Position numbers and translations under genes: made by a program. DNA of 64,000 nucleotides from Eledone cirrhosa (taxonomy: Eukaryota), in contig OZ024747.1 in NCBI GenBank assembly GCA_964016885.1, positions 45,384,001 through 45,448,000 of the forward strand. The letters are read 5' to 3'. This document shows positions 40,653 to 54,243 of this stretch, piece by piece. Each line of letters starts with the position of its first letter. The stretch's first letter is position 1. The notes beneath the pieces are model-generated. The model made no database searches and had not been told where the DNA came from. It worked only from the letters and a program-made list of their open reading frames with translations.

Positions 40653-41567
40653 CTTTTTAAGACTATATAGAGCATTTGTAGTTTTTCCAAATTGAAGGAT
40701 GAGTATTTAACCTTAATTTTATTCTGAGTTAAGACTCTATTGGTTTTTTCCCTGGATTTCACAAAATCTGTGGATAAAATTTCTGTCTTGACTTTTTTTT
40801 TAATTGAGTTTGAATTATTCTCCCATATCTTACGTTAAATATTTTCCATCTTGACGTTATAGTCACTTATATATTATGAAATACTGTTGGCTTCTTGCTC
40901 ACATTAATTTCTCTATTTTCATTTATATTTATACTCGGAATTTTTCCTAGAGTGGTTAAAATTATTTGTGACTAATCCTGGTCTTTAAAAAAAAAAACCG
41001 CGATAATATTGCTATATGCTGAACTCCATACAGTTTTGTTGAGTTTTTCTTCTGAATGTTTTGACTGTTGTTTCTTGTAAATAGACATTCGTCGCATTCT
41101 GACGTCATTAGCCATGTTCTCCATGTGTGTTTATTTTCATAATTCCACACGAGGTGCACTAGCCTGCTTTTAAATTCCCTTTCTGGCATATTTTAGCAGT
41201 GGGTTTGGTTATCGTGTTTGATCTCGACTGATGAACGACTCCAACCGTGACTAACCCCACTGAAAAGTTTCGTGAAATAGTTTTTTTAAGACTATATAGA
41301 GCATTTGTAGTTTTTCCAAATTGAAGGATGAGTATTTAACTTTAATTTTATTCTGAGTTAAGACTCTATTGATTTTTTTTTCCTGGATTTCACAAAATCT
41401 GTGGATAAAATTTCTGCCTTGACTTTTTTTTTTTTTTAATTGAGTTTGAATTATTTTCCCTTATCTTACGTGAAATATTTTTCATCTTGATGTTATAGTC
41501 ACTTATATATTATGAAATACTGTTGGCTTCTTGCTCACATTAATTTCGCTATTTTCATTTATATATA
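40653..41567 (+). mobile_element. Retrozyme-like element, 629-bp unit, about 1.4 tandem copies
   Basis: 40654-40927 is repeated from about 41283 to 41565 (GACTATATAGAGC at 40661 and 41290); the HHR spans the unit junction; TA-flanked. Confidence 0.8.
41223..41301 (+). ncRNA. Type I hammerhead ribozyme
   Basis: CTCGA-CTGATGA-ACGA...TCGT-GAAA-TAGTTTT ttt AAGACTA-TA^-TAGAG; one mismatch in stem I. Confidence 0.72.
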
Positions 41568-41592
41568 TATCAAAATGTTGTAGGTTGTTTAA

Positions 41593-41802
41593 CCCTTTAG
41601 CATTTACATTACTTTATATATATTATTACATTTTCATGGTAAAAGCATTACCTCGCATAATTATCTCACATAATACCGAATCTATGAGATTTTGAAAGTA
41701 TTTATTTTGAGAACAATACCTTAACATCAGTTTGAGCGACTGGTTACAGCCAGTTTCAACAGAAAGAGGTAGAGAATTCTGGCCGGTTTGAACATTAAAG
41801 GG
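41593..41802. mobile_element. piggyBac-type MITE
   Basis: TTAA TSD on both sides (41589-41592, 41803-41806); termini CCCTTTA...TAAAGGG. Confidence 0.75.
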
Positions 41803-41817
41803 TTAAAGCATTGTGGA

Positions 41818-42063
41818 ATAAGAAATACAAATTTAACTAGGAAATAAGTTTAAATATTTGGTAGCCCGACAATGCATGTAAGATTATAAGTTTCAAGTTA
41901 ATAGGATAAAAAAACTGAGAAAATGGTAGATTGCTCCCAAATACATTCGGATGTACCATCCATTATCAAGGGACGATTTATTGAAGATTGGTCGATTTAA
42001 TTTGAATGGATGTCGGCTTCCAAATATTTAAACTTATTTCCTACTTAAATTTGTATTTCTTAT
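41818..42063. repeat. Short element with terminal inverted repeats of about 55 bp (MITE or PLE-type fold-back)
   Basis: TAAGAAATACAAATTTAA.TAGGAAATAAGTTTAAATATTTGG.AGCC(C)GACA and its reverse complement at 42011-42063. Confidence 0.75.
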
Positions 42064-42112
42064 ATATACATATATATATATTTCTTATATATATATATAC
42101 ATATATTTCTTT

Positions 42113-42161
<49 letters not shown>

Positions 42162-42163
<2 letters not shown>

Positions 42164-43574
42164 TTGGTGTTAGTAAGTGTGGAGTCCTTGTGATGAAGAG
42201 GGGTAAATTGAGCAGAAGTAACGGAATCCAGGTACCAACAGGTGAGATGATAAAGGAAATTGACTCTGAAGAAGGATACAAGTATTTGGGTGTTCTGGAG
42301 GCTGATGACATCAAGAACAAAAAAATGAAGGAATTGATAAGAACTGAATACATTCGGAGAGTAAGGAGCGTATTAAAGTCACATCTGAACAGTAGGAATG
42401 CCATAAGTGCAGTAAATTCCCGAGCTGTGTCTATTTTTAGGTACAGTGCGGGAATTCTGAGATGGAATGTGGCTGAACAAAAAGAAATGGATAGGAAGAC
42501 TAGGAAGCTATTGACTATCTACAACATGTTCCACAAGAGGAGTGATGTCGATAGACTCTACTTAAGGAGATCTGAACGTGGAAGAGGTCTTATCAGCATA
42601 GAGGACTGTGTTCAGATGGAAAAAAACAACCTACACAAATACGTGACTGATAGTAAGGAGCCAATGCTCAGAACTGTACTGAAGGAGGGGACAATAGACC
42701 AGGGGATGTCCAAGGAGGAAATAACATCAAGGAGAAAGAGCAGCCTTCAGGAAAAATCCCTTCATAGTACCTTCTTTGAGAAAACTGAATTCAGAGACCC
42801 ACAGACATGGAACTGGTTGAAAAGAGGAGACCTTAAAAATGCTACAGAAGGAATGTTAATGGCTGCGCAGGAGCAGGCCCTCAAAACGAAGTGGTTGAAA
42901 CACCATATTTACAAGGAGGAGGCTAGCCCACTGTGCAGGATGTGTGGAGAGAGAGAGGAGACTGTGGCTCACATTGTATCCGAGTGTAAACACCTAGCCC
43001 AGACTCACTATAAGGGCTGGAGACATGATGTGATGGGCAGGGTGATCTACTGGCACCTGTGCAAAGTAAACAATTTACCACATTCTGAGAAGTGGTATGA
43101 GCCAGAGTCGGTGATAGAAAACGATCAGGTGAAGGTGCTGTGGGATTTTAGGATACAGACGGACAAGAAACTGAAACACAATAGACCTGACCTGGTGGTT
43201 GTGGACAAAGAAAAAAGATCGTGCCTGATTGTGGATGTGGCCTGCCCATTCGACACGAGAGTGCAAGAGAAGGAGAGGGAGAAAATTAACCGATACCAGG
43301 ACTTAAAGTGGGAGGTAAAAAGGATTTGGAACTGCCATGAAGTCAAAGTGGTCCCGATTGTCATAGGCGCACTAGGTACTATCTCAAAAGGTTTCCAGGG
43401 ATGGTTAAAGAAAATTGGCCCCTTCACGCTTTTTGGAACGCTTCAAAAGGCATGCTTGCTGGGAACAGCAAGAACCCTCCGATACGTCCTGAATATCTGA
43501 GGCTGCAGGTAGTGGCTTGATATTCATTTCAACAAACTTTCCAGTTAACTAACATCAATGACTGAGACCCAAAG
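42162..43574 (+). mobile_element. 5'-truncated R4/Dong-clade non-LTR retrotransposon in (TAA)n
   Basis: (TAA)n at 42113-42163 and 43575-43588; open ORF with RT end, CCHC knuckle and RLE. Confidence 0.93.
42190..43500 (+). CDS. Truncated non-LTR polyprotein: RT thumb, CCHC zinc knuckle, PD-(D/E)xK restriction-like endonuclease
   Basis: YKYLG; RLYL.R..GRGL; CRMC-x7-H-x4-C; RHD; RPDLVV..IVDVACP..K..RY; uninterrupted 436 aa. Confidence 0.9.
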   Translation: MMKRGKLSRSNGIQVPTGEMIKEIDSEEGYKYLGVLEADDIKNKKMKELIRTEYIRRVRSVLKSHLNSRNAISAVNSRAVSIFRYSAGILRWNVAEQKEMDRKTRKLLTIYNMFHKRSDVDRLYLRRSERGRGLISIEDCVQMEKNNLHKYVTDSKEPMLRTVLKEGTIDQGMSKEEITSRRKSSLQEKSLHSTFFEKTEFRDPQTWNWLKRGDLKNATEGMLMAAQEQALKTKWLKHHIYKEEASPLCRMCGEREETVAHIVSECKHLAQTHYKGWRHDVMGRVIYWHLCKVNNLPHSEKWYEPESVIENDQVKVLWDFRIQTDKKLKHNRPDLVVVDKEKRSCLIVDVACPFDTRVQEKEREKINRYQDLKWEVKRIWNCHEVKVVPIVIGALGTISKGFQGWLKKIGPFTLFGTLQKACLLGTARTLRYVLNI

Positions 43575-43726
43575 AATAATAATAATAAGGACGATTTGTT
43601 ATGTCTTCATTACGTTTATTGAGTAATGACATGCGTTTCACTATTGATCAGCTCAAGGTTCGATCAGTATTGATCTGGCCTGACTCTGGAATCAAAAGCT
43701 TGTCGGATCTCTGTTATGGTTTTATT

Positions 43727-43913
43727 GCGGATTGGCAGTATCAGTAGAGGGTCGGGTGCTTTGCTTTGCAGCAAAGCGTTACAGCCCTTTATGGTCTGAG
43801 TTCAAATCCCACCGAGGTTAACTTTGCCTTTCATCCTTACAGGGTCGATAAAATAAAGTACCAGTAATGCACTGGGTTAATTGCTGGCCTTGTGCCAAAA
43901 GTAGAAACAATTA
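43727..43913 (+). mobile_element. tRNA-derived SINE
   Basis: Family consensus. Confidence 0.88.
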
Positions 43914-44018
43914 TTATCATAATTACAACACTCTGCTTAGTACTACACCTCTATACTTACTGGATTATATGCATCAAGTGCTCAATCTGGTGAACCTACA
44001 TTAAATGGATATTACAAT

Positions 44019-44054
<36 letters not shown>

Positions 44055-44252
44055 AAGAGATGGCAACATGAATGGACCCGTTATTTTTATCTAAAGACAT
44101 TTTTCCCTATTCCACCCCGCCCGTCCCTTCAATCTATCTAATTTCTCATTCTTTCTTCTTATGAAAGACCCTCTTCCTGCTATTTCAAGCGTTAACCTAA
44201 TATATTCCTTCCTTCCATATACTGTACCGATTGTGTTGTTATTTCTGATTAC

Positions 44253-45058
<806 letters not shown>

Positions 45059-45090
45059 TAATAAAAATAGAAGCTTTGGCCCCATTCTTT

Positions 45091-45155
<65 letters not shown>

Positions 45156-45501
45156 TGTATGTATGTATGTATGTATGTATAGAATATATATATACAGGAT
45201 ATAGAATACCACCAGAGTGGTAAGACAGTATATAGAGAAAAATACTCAAAAAGTATGTGTTCAAATATAGGGGAGTGGAAACCATATTGTCTACAAAAAG
45301 AATGGAGAATACATGGTGGTGTGAATGGACCAAAAGACCATTAAAAACAGCAGCTGAGAACCACTCAACTTAAGATTCATTATATTATAGGGGATTAACG
45401 TGAGTCTTTAACTCTGTTTTTTTTTTTTAATTTGAAAAAAGCGAGGAATTTCATTTACATGAACCACCTACACTATATATACATACTTATATATATATAT
45501 T

Positions 45502-45544
<43 letters not shown>

Positions 45545-47289
45545 ATATAGATATATCAATACATGTTGACAGTATAGAATACTGCTTTGTCTAGAAGTGT
45601 AGAAATAAACAAAAATATATAATTAAATATATATAAATGAAGTGTCAGACAGCATTTTTCATTTGGGAGAATGAATAATGAAAAATATAAATCATTATAA
45701 AAATGAGAAAGTGTAAACAAGGAATGAGATATATAAGGAAGAATATTTTGTACACCTGCCCATGTACATCAACCCAATTCTCTAGAAGTTTGGAATAATG
45801 TTTAACACGAATATCAGCACATCTACAGGATGAACTGACGAAGTTGATGAAACAGCTATTAGTTTCACTGTTTACTGTATATTGTTCTAACTTCCAGAGA
45901 ACTTGGAATAGAAAAAAATAGGAAAAACGGAAAACAGTTTTATCGTGTTATATTTTTTAATATTTTTTGTTTTATGTGTCACATAATTGTGATTTTTTTT
46001 TTTTAAAGTAATGAGAAATAGATCTTTGATAGAAGTTGGATTTAAAGAGAAAATCTTTACTGTTGTTTTTTCCTTTTTTTCTATGTTTTTATTTTTACGT
46101 GAATCAAGCAACAATTATGATACTGAAAAAGTGCATAAATAAGTTGAAGCTTTTGGTCATTTGACTTCATTCCTGAGTGAGTCTTAAAAATGATTAATTA
46201 TGTCAGTTAGATAGATAGGGAAAGATGGTGTGGGGTGAGAACACACATACACACAAAGACATAGACAAGCAAGGAAATATGTAGTCATAAAACAAAAAAA
46301 CGTTTCTTTTTTACTGTTTTATATGGAATTTTTAACGTTTCTGTCTTACAATCCTCCTACCCCCTACCACAACAAAACAACAAACAACTACAAAAAAGTA
46401 ACATTATTCCTCAAGCAAATATATATAAAAAATATAACTCTAATCTAGCATTCAATAATTGGAAAGTTTTCTTTTAGAAATAGCTATTAATTATACTGTC
46501 AGATGTTTAAGTTTGTCATCAATACAATATAGCTATTTCGTACTGAAAATAATTAATATAAATTCATTTTTTTTAACACCTGTTGCAATTATTGTTACAA
46601 TACATTTTGTTTTAAAACTTAATGATAAATTCATATGAACTTCTCACCTTCTGACTTATTGAAATTTCAATCACTCAATGACACATCAAAATAAAACTCC
46701 TTTTTTATTCATTTACATTTAAGCCTCATTGTCAAATTTATGCCTTGTTCTAGTTTTGTAAAATTTATGGATTAATTAATTGAAAAAAAAATATAAAAAA
46801 TATCCTCCTAAAATCAATATTGTAATGTATCTTATATTAACCATCTACATGGAAGGATTGTTCTGTTTTTGATCATGTAAATTGCTTTTAATCTGGAAGA
46901 AAAGAGCCGCATTTTTTACCACTGTTTCTGAGTCTCCAAGATTAGTAGGAGGAAGTTATCCTTAGGTTAGAGACCTAATCCATATGCTTGGAGTAGAGGG
47001 AATACCACAAAAAAACAATTGGGAACAAGATGTTGTGCTGAACTGAGTAACAAATTAAGTCTCCAATTGAAGAACTCCAAACACAAGAAGCCAAAACTGG
47101 TACCATTGGGCATCTCATCCAACAAACAATCAATTTTGTCAATCTACCACCCTAGTCTGTTACTTTATTTTATTGACCCCAAGAGAATGAAAGACAAAGA
47201 GGGTCTTTGCAGGATTTGAACTCAGAGCATAGACAGTTGAATGAATGTTGCAAGGCATTTTGTGATCAGGTAAAAGTTCAATGTCTGTT

Positions 47290-47860
47290 AAAAACATTCT
47301 GATTGCCATTTTTTAGGCGCCTTTCAAGAGATCCAGGCCACCCAACGCACACGAATAAGCCAGAGAATACCTTCTCAACTTAAGGCTTTTAACATCTCAG
47401 GTCAGATCTCATCTTCTCCTGCAGCCTTGCTGCATATGAGTTCTTCAACTGCTCTTGTGACCTCAGCCTCTGAGAGATTAGTCACCGCTCCCAGATGCAC
47501 TTGTGTACATCAGAAGATGCTCTTGTGATTGAGTTTAGGAGATCAGCAAAGTATTCTCTCCACCTCACGAGGATGCATTTATCCAAAGAGAGGAGAACCC
47601 CAGATGTGTTCTTGATAGTAGGTGTGGAGGAGGACTTCTTATTATGAAGTCAGCAACAACACCTTATTTGCTGATCTGCAGTCGGATTCCAGCTTAACAC
47701 CCAAATCCTTCCATATCTTATCTTTGGATGCCTTTACTGTCTCTGCTGTGATTCTTCATGCCTGCTTGTTCTGCAAGTGCAAAATGAGAACTTCTTTCCA
47801 AATAAGTCCTCCTTCTAAGTGTCCTACTCCATTATTAAATGTGTCCTTCTTTTTCTAAGA
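47290..47860 (-). pseudogene. Degenerate RTE LINE fragment (endonuclease-RT linker)
   Basis: Minus translation ILVRWREYFADLLN...EVTRAV..KAAGEDEI*PEMLKAL. Confidence 0.7.
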
Positions 47861-48318
47861 TGGCAGGTGTAGTTTTAGAAAGACTTTGACATCTGTTTCT
47901 AGCACTTCAAGCAAACACAGAAGATTTCTTGTTGACTCACATAAATTAGAAGGAGGATGGAGTACATTAATTCAAAGCAATTTAAAATTTAAGCTAAGCA
48001 TGAAATTCTACCTAAAATCTTCATGATTCCTAAAAATGTTGATTTGATTCTATGAAGAAAAGGATGTTTTTCTTTTTGTGAAATTGATTTTATTTTTTGG
48101 CTTGAGATTATGAATTTTATACTCAGATTTCTATCTACTTAATTTTCATTTATAAAACAGGTATTAAAAGAAAAAGAATGAAAAGTTACTAAAATATAAG
48201 TTTATGAGGAATTTCTAGTTTGAACCAAAAGTATTAGTGACATTTGTTTGAATACATACATGAATTCATATCCATATATATATATATGTATATGTGTGTG
48301 TATATATGTATATATATA

Positions 48319-48468
<150 letters not shown>

Positions 48469-48475
48469 TATACAT

Positions 48476-48542
<67 letters not shown>

Positions 48543-48626
48543 CATATATATATACATATATATATATACAAATATACATATATCTATTTATTTATACATC
48601 ATATCTACATATCTATATCCTCTATT

Positions 48627-48662
<36 letters not shown>

Positions 48663-48717
48663 GAGAGAGAGAGAGATGTTTCTTTATTAGCCACATATAT
48701 ATATATATAAAGAAACA

Positions 48718-48797
<80 letters not shown>

Positions 48798-48799
<2 letters not shown>

Positions 48800-48880
48800 T
48801 GTTTCTTTATTAGCCACAGGGGCACAAAAGAAGGGGACAATTACAAAGGTTACAAAGGGGGGGGGGGTTTACATACAATA
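48798..48880 (-). mobile_element. L1/Tx1-like 3' terminus next to (TC)n
   Basis: Minus strand ..CCCCTGTGGCTAATAAAGAAACAT(CT)n resembles the 3' end of the Tx1-like element near 58610-58634 (CCCTTGTGGTTAATAAAGAAAG). Confidence 0.5.
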
Positions 48881-49342
48881 TATATCTAGATAGATAGGTA
48901 GGTAGATAGATAGATATGTATACACATATATCCATATCATGTGCCCATCTTTCTTCTTTTATCCTATCACCAACAACAATTTGCTGACAGTGATTCTATC
49001 ATTATCCACTTAAATGACAATATATATTTCCATTTATCCACCAATTCAAACAAGTAAGTACTCTTTATATGTGCACAAACACACATCCATTCATATACAC
49101 ACGTATACAAACATATCCAGGCATATACACCCACGAAGATATAGCCACTCACTCACAGAATAAGATAGTTAATATTATTCGACTGATGTTGATATTAGTA
49201 AAGTTTAAAGATGAATTTACTAAACATCAATGGTACAATCAATGGTTATTTATTCTTTATTAAATTATCTATAATTTCAGGAGTTTGAATCGTTTGAAAA
49301 AGTATGTGTGTGTATATATATATATATACACATATGTGTATA

Positions 49343-49385
<43 letters not shown>

Positions 49386-49392
49386 GTGTATA

Positions 49393-49460
<68 letters not shown>

Positions 49461-49573
49461 TACATATATATATATTCATATATATATATATATTTATTCA
49501 TATATATATATATATATATTCATATATATATATATATTCATATATATATATATATCCATATATATATATATTC

Positions 49574-49624
<51 letters not shown>

Positions 49625-49625
49625 C

Positions 49626-49705
<80 letters not shown>

Positions 49706-49934
49706 GTGTATAAGCATGACAAAATGGATGTAAAATTGCTGATAATTAAGATATATATATAGGAAAAATTCAGGAGGACCCCGTTGGCTAAGCTCCTGAA
49801 CTCAGGTCTAGCTGTTGAAGCGGATGGAGTTCAGCCATTGGGGTCCCAAATTTTTCATATTACTCACTCTAATACACCAAGTAGCAAGTACTCTGTTGGG
49901 TAATGGTTTATCTGGTTTTTACTGCATCCATTCT

Positions 49935-50073
<139 letters not shown>

Positions 50074-50216
50074 AATTGAATAAATAAGAGAGATGAACAC
50101 TAATATAAACATACATGTGTTTGAATCGACTAACATTTTCTAGGGTGAAAAAATACTAACTACAGCAATATAGTTTGTTATCCTTAACTTTAAATATTAA
50201 ATTAAGAAAAATTAAG

Positions 50217-50397
50217 GGCGGTGGATTGGCAGTATCGGTAGAGGACGCCATGCTTTCCAGCATAGTTATGTCCCTTTACGATCTGAGTTCAATCCCGCCG
50301 AGGTTGACTTTGCCTTTCATCCTTACGGGGTCGATAAAATAAAGTACCAGTAATGCACTGGGTATTTGCTGGCCTTGTGCCTAAAGTAGAAACAATT
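50217..50397 (+). mobile_element. tRNA-derived SINE
   Basis: Family consensus; 21-bp TSD ATTAAATTAAGAAAAATTAAG (50196-50216 and 50395-50415). Confidence 0.93.
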
Positions 50398-50733
50398 AAA
50401 TTAAGAAAAATTAAGAAAAATATCAGACCAATATTGGGCAAAAATGCCTTAAAACAACTAGACAGTGTTGGAGACTGTTTCGCAACGAATTATTAAGTGA
50501 AGTTTTCACGTTTCTCTGTTCATTAGTAGTTGTTGAAAATTAGTGATCCTTTCACTTCTAAAAATATTAGAGAATGAATTGTGTACGATATGAATTATCG
50601 CACGTGTCATTCGGAACTCAGCTTGTCTCTAAATTCCCTACCGCTAAAAATAGCAGCGTGGCTGACAGGACAATAAAAATTAGCTCTATACGATGGAGCC
50701 GACAAATATATATTGAGTTAAGAACTCAGGGTA

Positions 50734-50762
<29 letters not shown>

Positions 50763-50764
<2 letters not shown>

Positions 50765-51206
50765 CATCATCATCGTTTAACGTCCGTGTTCCACGCTTGC
50801 ATGGGTCTGGACGGAGGTTTTCCCACTTGAGGCAAGAGTGATTGTCTTGCTCGCATAGGACTGTCTGGCGGGTTTTCTACAGCTGGATGCCCTTCCTAAC
50901 ACCAACCACATTTACAGTGTGGGGCTGGGAGGTTTTTACCGTATTGCCTACACGGCCACATTACAGCGTGGACTGTCTGGCGGGTTTTCTACAGCTGGAT
51001 GCCCTTCCTAACACCAACCACATTTACAGTGTGGGGCTGGGAGGTTTTTACCGTGTTGCCTACACGCCCACATTACAGCGTGGACTGTCTGGCGGGCTTT
51101 CTACAGCTGGATGCCCTTCCTAACACCAACCACATTTACAGTGTGGGGCTGGGAGGTTTTTACCGTGTTGCCTACACGGCCACATTACAGCGTGGACTGT
51201 CTGGCG

Positions 51207-51208
<2 letters not shown>
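50763..51208 (-). mobile_element. RTE 3'UTR fragment with a 112-bp internal triplication
   Basis: GGACTGTCTGGCGGG at 50858, 50970, 51082 and 51194; (GAT)n tail. Confidence 0.9.
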
Positions 51209-51243
<35 letters not shown>

Positions 51244-51247
51244 ATAT

Positions 51248-51560
51248 AGGTGCATGGCTTAGTGATTAGAGCATTACATTAGCAATTATGAGGTTGTGAG
51301 TTAGATTGCCAGACTGGGCAGTACATTGTGTTCTTAAGCAGGGCACTTTATTTCATGCTGCTCAAATTCACTCAGCTGTACAAATGAGTTGTGTCATCAA
51401 TAGTGCTGAGATGTATTGCAATTAATTTTCATTTGGATAACATCAGTGGCATGAAGTGTGGAGAATAGTAGGCATAGAGAGCTTACCTGGACTTATGCCT
51501 CAGCGGGGAGCTTTCTAAGTGCAAAACCTATGGTCAATCATGATTGAAGGAGTTTTTACA
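51248..51560 (+). mobile_element. CORE-like SINE, degenerate
   Basis: GGTGCATGGCTTAGTGATTAGAG head; TTAAGCAGGGCACTTTATTTCA..CACTCAGCTG. Confidence 0.65.
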
Positions 51561-51597
51561 CTTTTTTACACTCACATATATATAAATACATATATTT

Positions 51598-51762
51598 AGT
51601 GTTAGGAAGGGCATCCAGCTGTAGAAACAAAGCCAAAATCAGTTCTGTATGAGCAAGACATGGTCACCTGACCTAGCATTGCTCACAACAGGATACCTTG
51701 TCTAATCCATGATAGCGTGGAAGTATGGACGTAAAATGGTGATGATGATGATGATGCTGATG
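51598..51762 (+). mobile_element. RTE-type 3' end with (GAT)n tail
   Basis: GTTAGGAAGGGCATCCAGCTGTAGAAA; same subfamily as 13527-13803, 60326-60561 and 62271-62429. Confidence 0.75.
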
Positions 51763-52197
51763 ATATATATATATATACGTGTGTGTGTGTGTGTGCCTGT
51801 GTATATATATATATGTATATATGTATGTTTGGTATATATATATATATATATATATATAAATATCAAACAAACATAGAAGCACATTAACCAACTACCCATC
51901 AAACAAGAAATATATCTAAGGATATCAATATATTGTCCAGTTTCTATTGCGTATTTGAAACCTTATAGGATTATGTCAAATACCTGATTCCCCTTTAAGT
52001 GGAATACTTATGTTAGCCTATCACATTGTCTTCTTGCATAATATATTCACTTATGATATTAACAGATCAAAAAATATTTCCTCTGCCCACTCCCTGCTTC
52101 TAATTCACTTTGAATATGTATATTTCTTTAACATTATGTATATATATATATATATATATAATATGAATGTATATATATATATATATGTATATATGTA

Positions 52198-52327
<130 letters not shown>

Positions 52328-52397
52328 TATATATATGTATGTATATATATATATATGCATATATATATACATATTTATATATATATATGTATGTATA

Positions 52398-52474
<77 letters not shown>

Positions 52475-52816
52475 GTATGTATATGAATATATATATATAT
52501 GTATATATGTATATGTATATATATGTCACATATGTTATATATATATATATGTCACATATGTTATATATATATATATATGTATGTATATATGTTATATATA
52601 TATATATACATGTATGTATTTATATCATCTACGTCAATATAGCTCTAAGTAAGTTCCGAACACAAAAAGTAAATCATATATTTTATATGATGATTTTTTC
52701 CTTATATTGTATATTGCAAATGATATAGCAAAATATTTCAAGCACTTAAAAAAGAAAAAAATAACTTAGGTAATTTCCATTTTCACTAGTTTTTATTACC
52801 TTAAATAAATGTATGC

Positions 52817-52910
<94 letters not shown>

Positions 52911-52912
52911 GT

Positions 52913-52997
<85 letters not shown>

Positions 52998-53312
52998 TAC
53001 ATATATATATATATGAGAAAGAGGGGAATTCATATTCTTATAAGAAAGTGTCCTTTAAAAAAATCATGATAAATGGCATATGAAAATAAAACATCATTTC
53101 TGTTTTCTTCATTCTTTCTCTTCCCTTTCAAAGACTTCTCTCTAAGGACCCAGCATAATCTATTTTTCTTAATGATGTCTCCTAGTAGTTTATTTCTTTC
53201 AGACCTATCAGTGCATTAGTCCCAATTACAGCCAAAAGCTTCGTATTTTTTGTAAACCGTTATTAATATAGTTTTTTTAATGTTATTGCTATTATGTTTG
53301 TTACACACACAA

Positions 53313-53344
<32 letters not shown>

Positions 53345-53751
53345 TTACTTATTGCACAAAATATATGACATTGGCTATAAAAAATATATATAAGGTATTC
53401 TTATAATGAATGTACAAAGATGTGCTCTGACCAACCCAAAAGTTTTAGTAACCAATTAGACAGGTTTTGCACGAACTATTATATCAATTCCAGCTAAACA
53501 TTAAGGATATTATATATCTAAAATATTCCAGTACAAAATCGCTTTAATAGCTTAGCTTCATCTTTTTTTCAGGTAATATGTTTGTAGAAATATACAACTA
53601 TTTGTAAATGTGTGTGTGTGTATATATATATATATTGTACATATGTATAAATAGATAAATATTTGTGCATATATGTATAAATATATAGATATATGAATAT
53701 GTATAAATATATTTGTGAGTATAGTTATATATACATACATACACACATATA

Positions 53752-53956
53752 TATATTAAAGAAGAAATTAAAAGATAGTTTAAAAAGTTCCATATATTTT
53801 ATTATGTGCATTTCGAAAACAACATCATCCTGGGACAAAAATTGTGTTCTCATCAGATAAAATAAGGTAACATGATATGAGGCCTAAAAACACTTGTCAA
53901 CAAGAAAGTGTACAGTCAACTTTTTAAATCATCTTTTAATTTCTTCTTTAATATAT
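53752..53956 (-). mobile_element. Short PLE/retrozyme-like fold-back element with a hammerhead
   Basis: Inverted ends of about 37 bp (53752-53789 and 53918-53955); HHR inside. Confidence 0.65.
53795..53864 (-). ncRNA. Type I hammerhead ribozyme
   Basis: TATTTTAT-CTGATGA-GAA...TTC-GAAA-TGCACA-TA^-ATAAAATA; 8-bp stem I. Confidence 0.65.
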
Positions 53957-54052
53957 ACTCCAGTTCTACCAATTCTTGAGTGCTACTTATCTGATATATG
54001 CATAGTTTTATTGTTCTACACTATTACTCACATTCTACATACATATATATGT

Positions 54053-54153
<101 letters not shown>

Positions 54154-54243
54154 GTTGTGTATAATGGTAGCTAAGGTGCTTCCATAGGCGGTATGCCAAA
54201 ATTAGCACTCGATATTCATCAGAGTAGAGTGTAGATATTATTA

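Noticed and set aside
45832-45866. CTGACGA..GAAACAGCTAT hammerhead-like string
   Set aside because: Stem II and the cleavage site do not pair convincingly; at best a decayed remnant.
50858-51208. Regularly spaced repeats resembling a CRISPR array
   Set aside because: The units repeat in full with no unique spacers, they derive from an RTE 3'UTR, and the context is eukaryotic.
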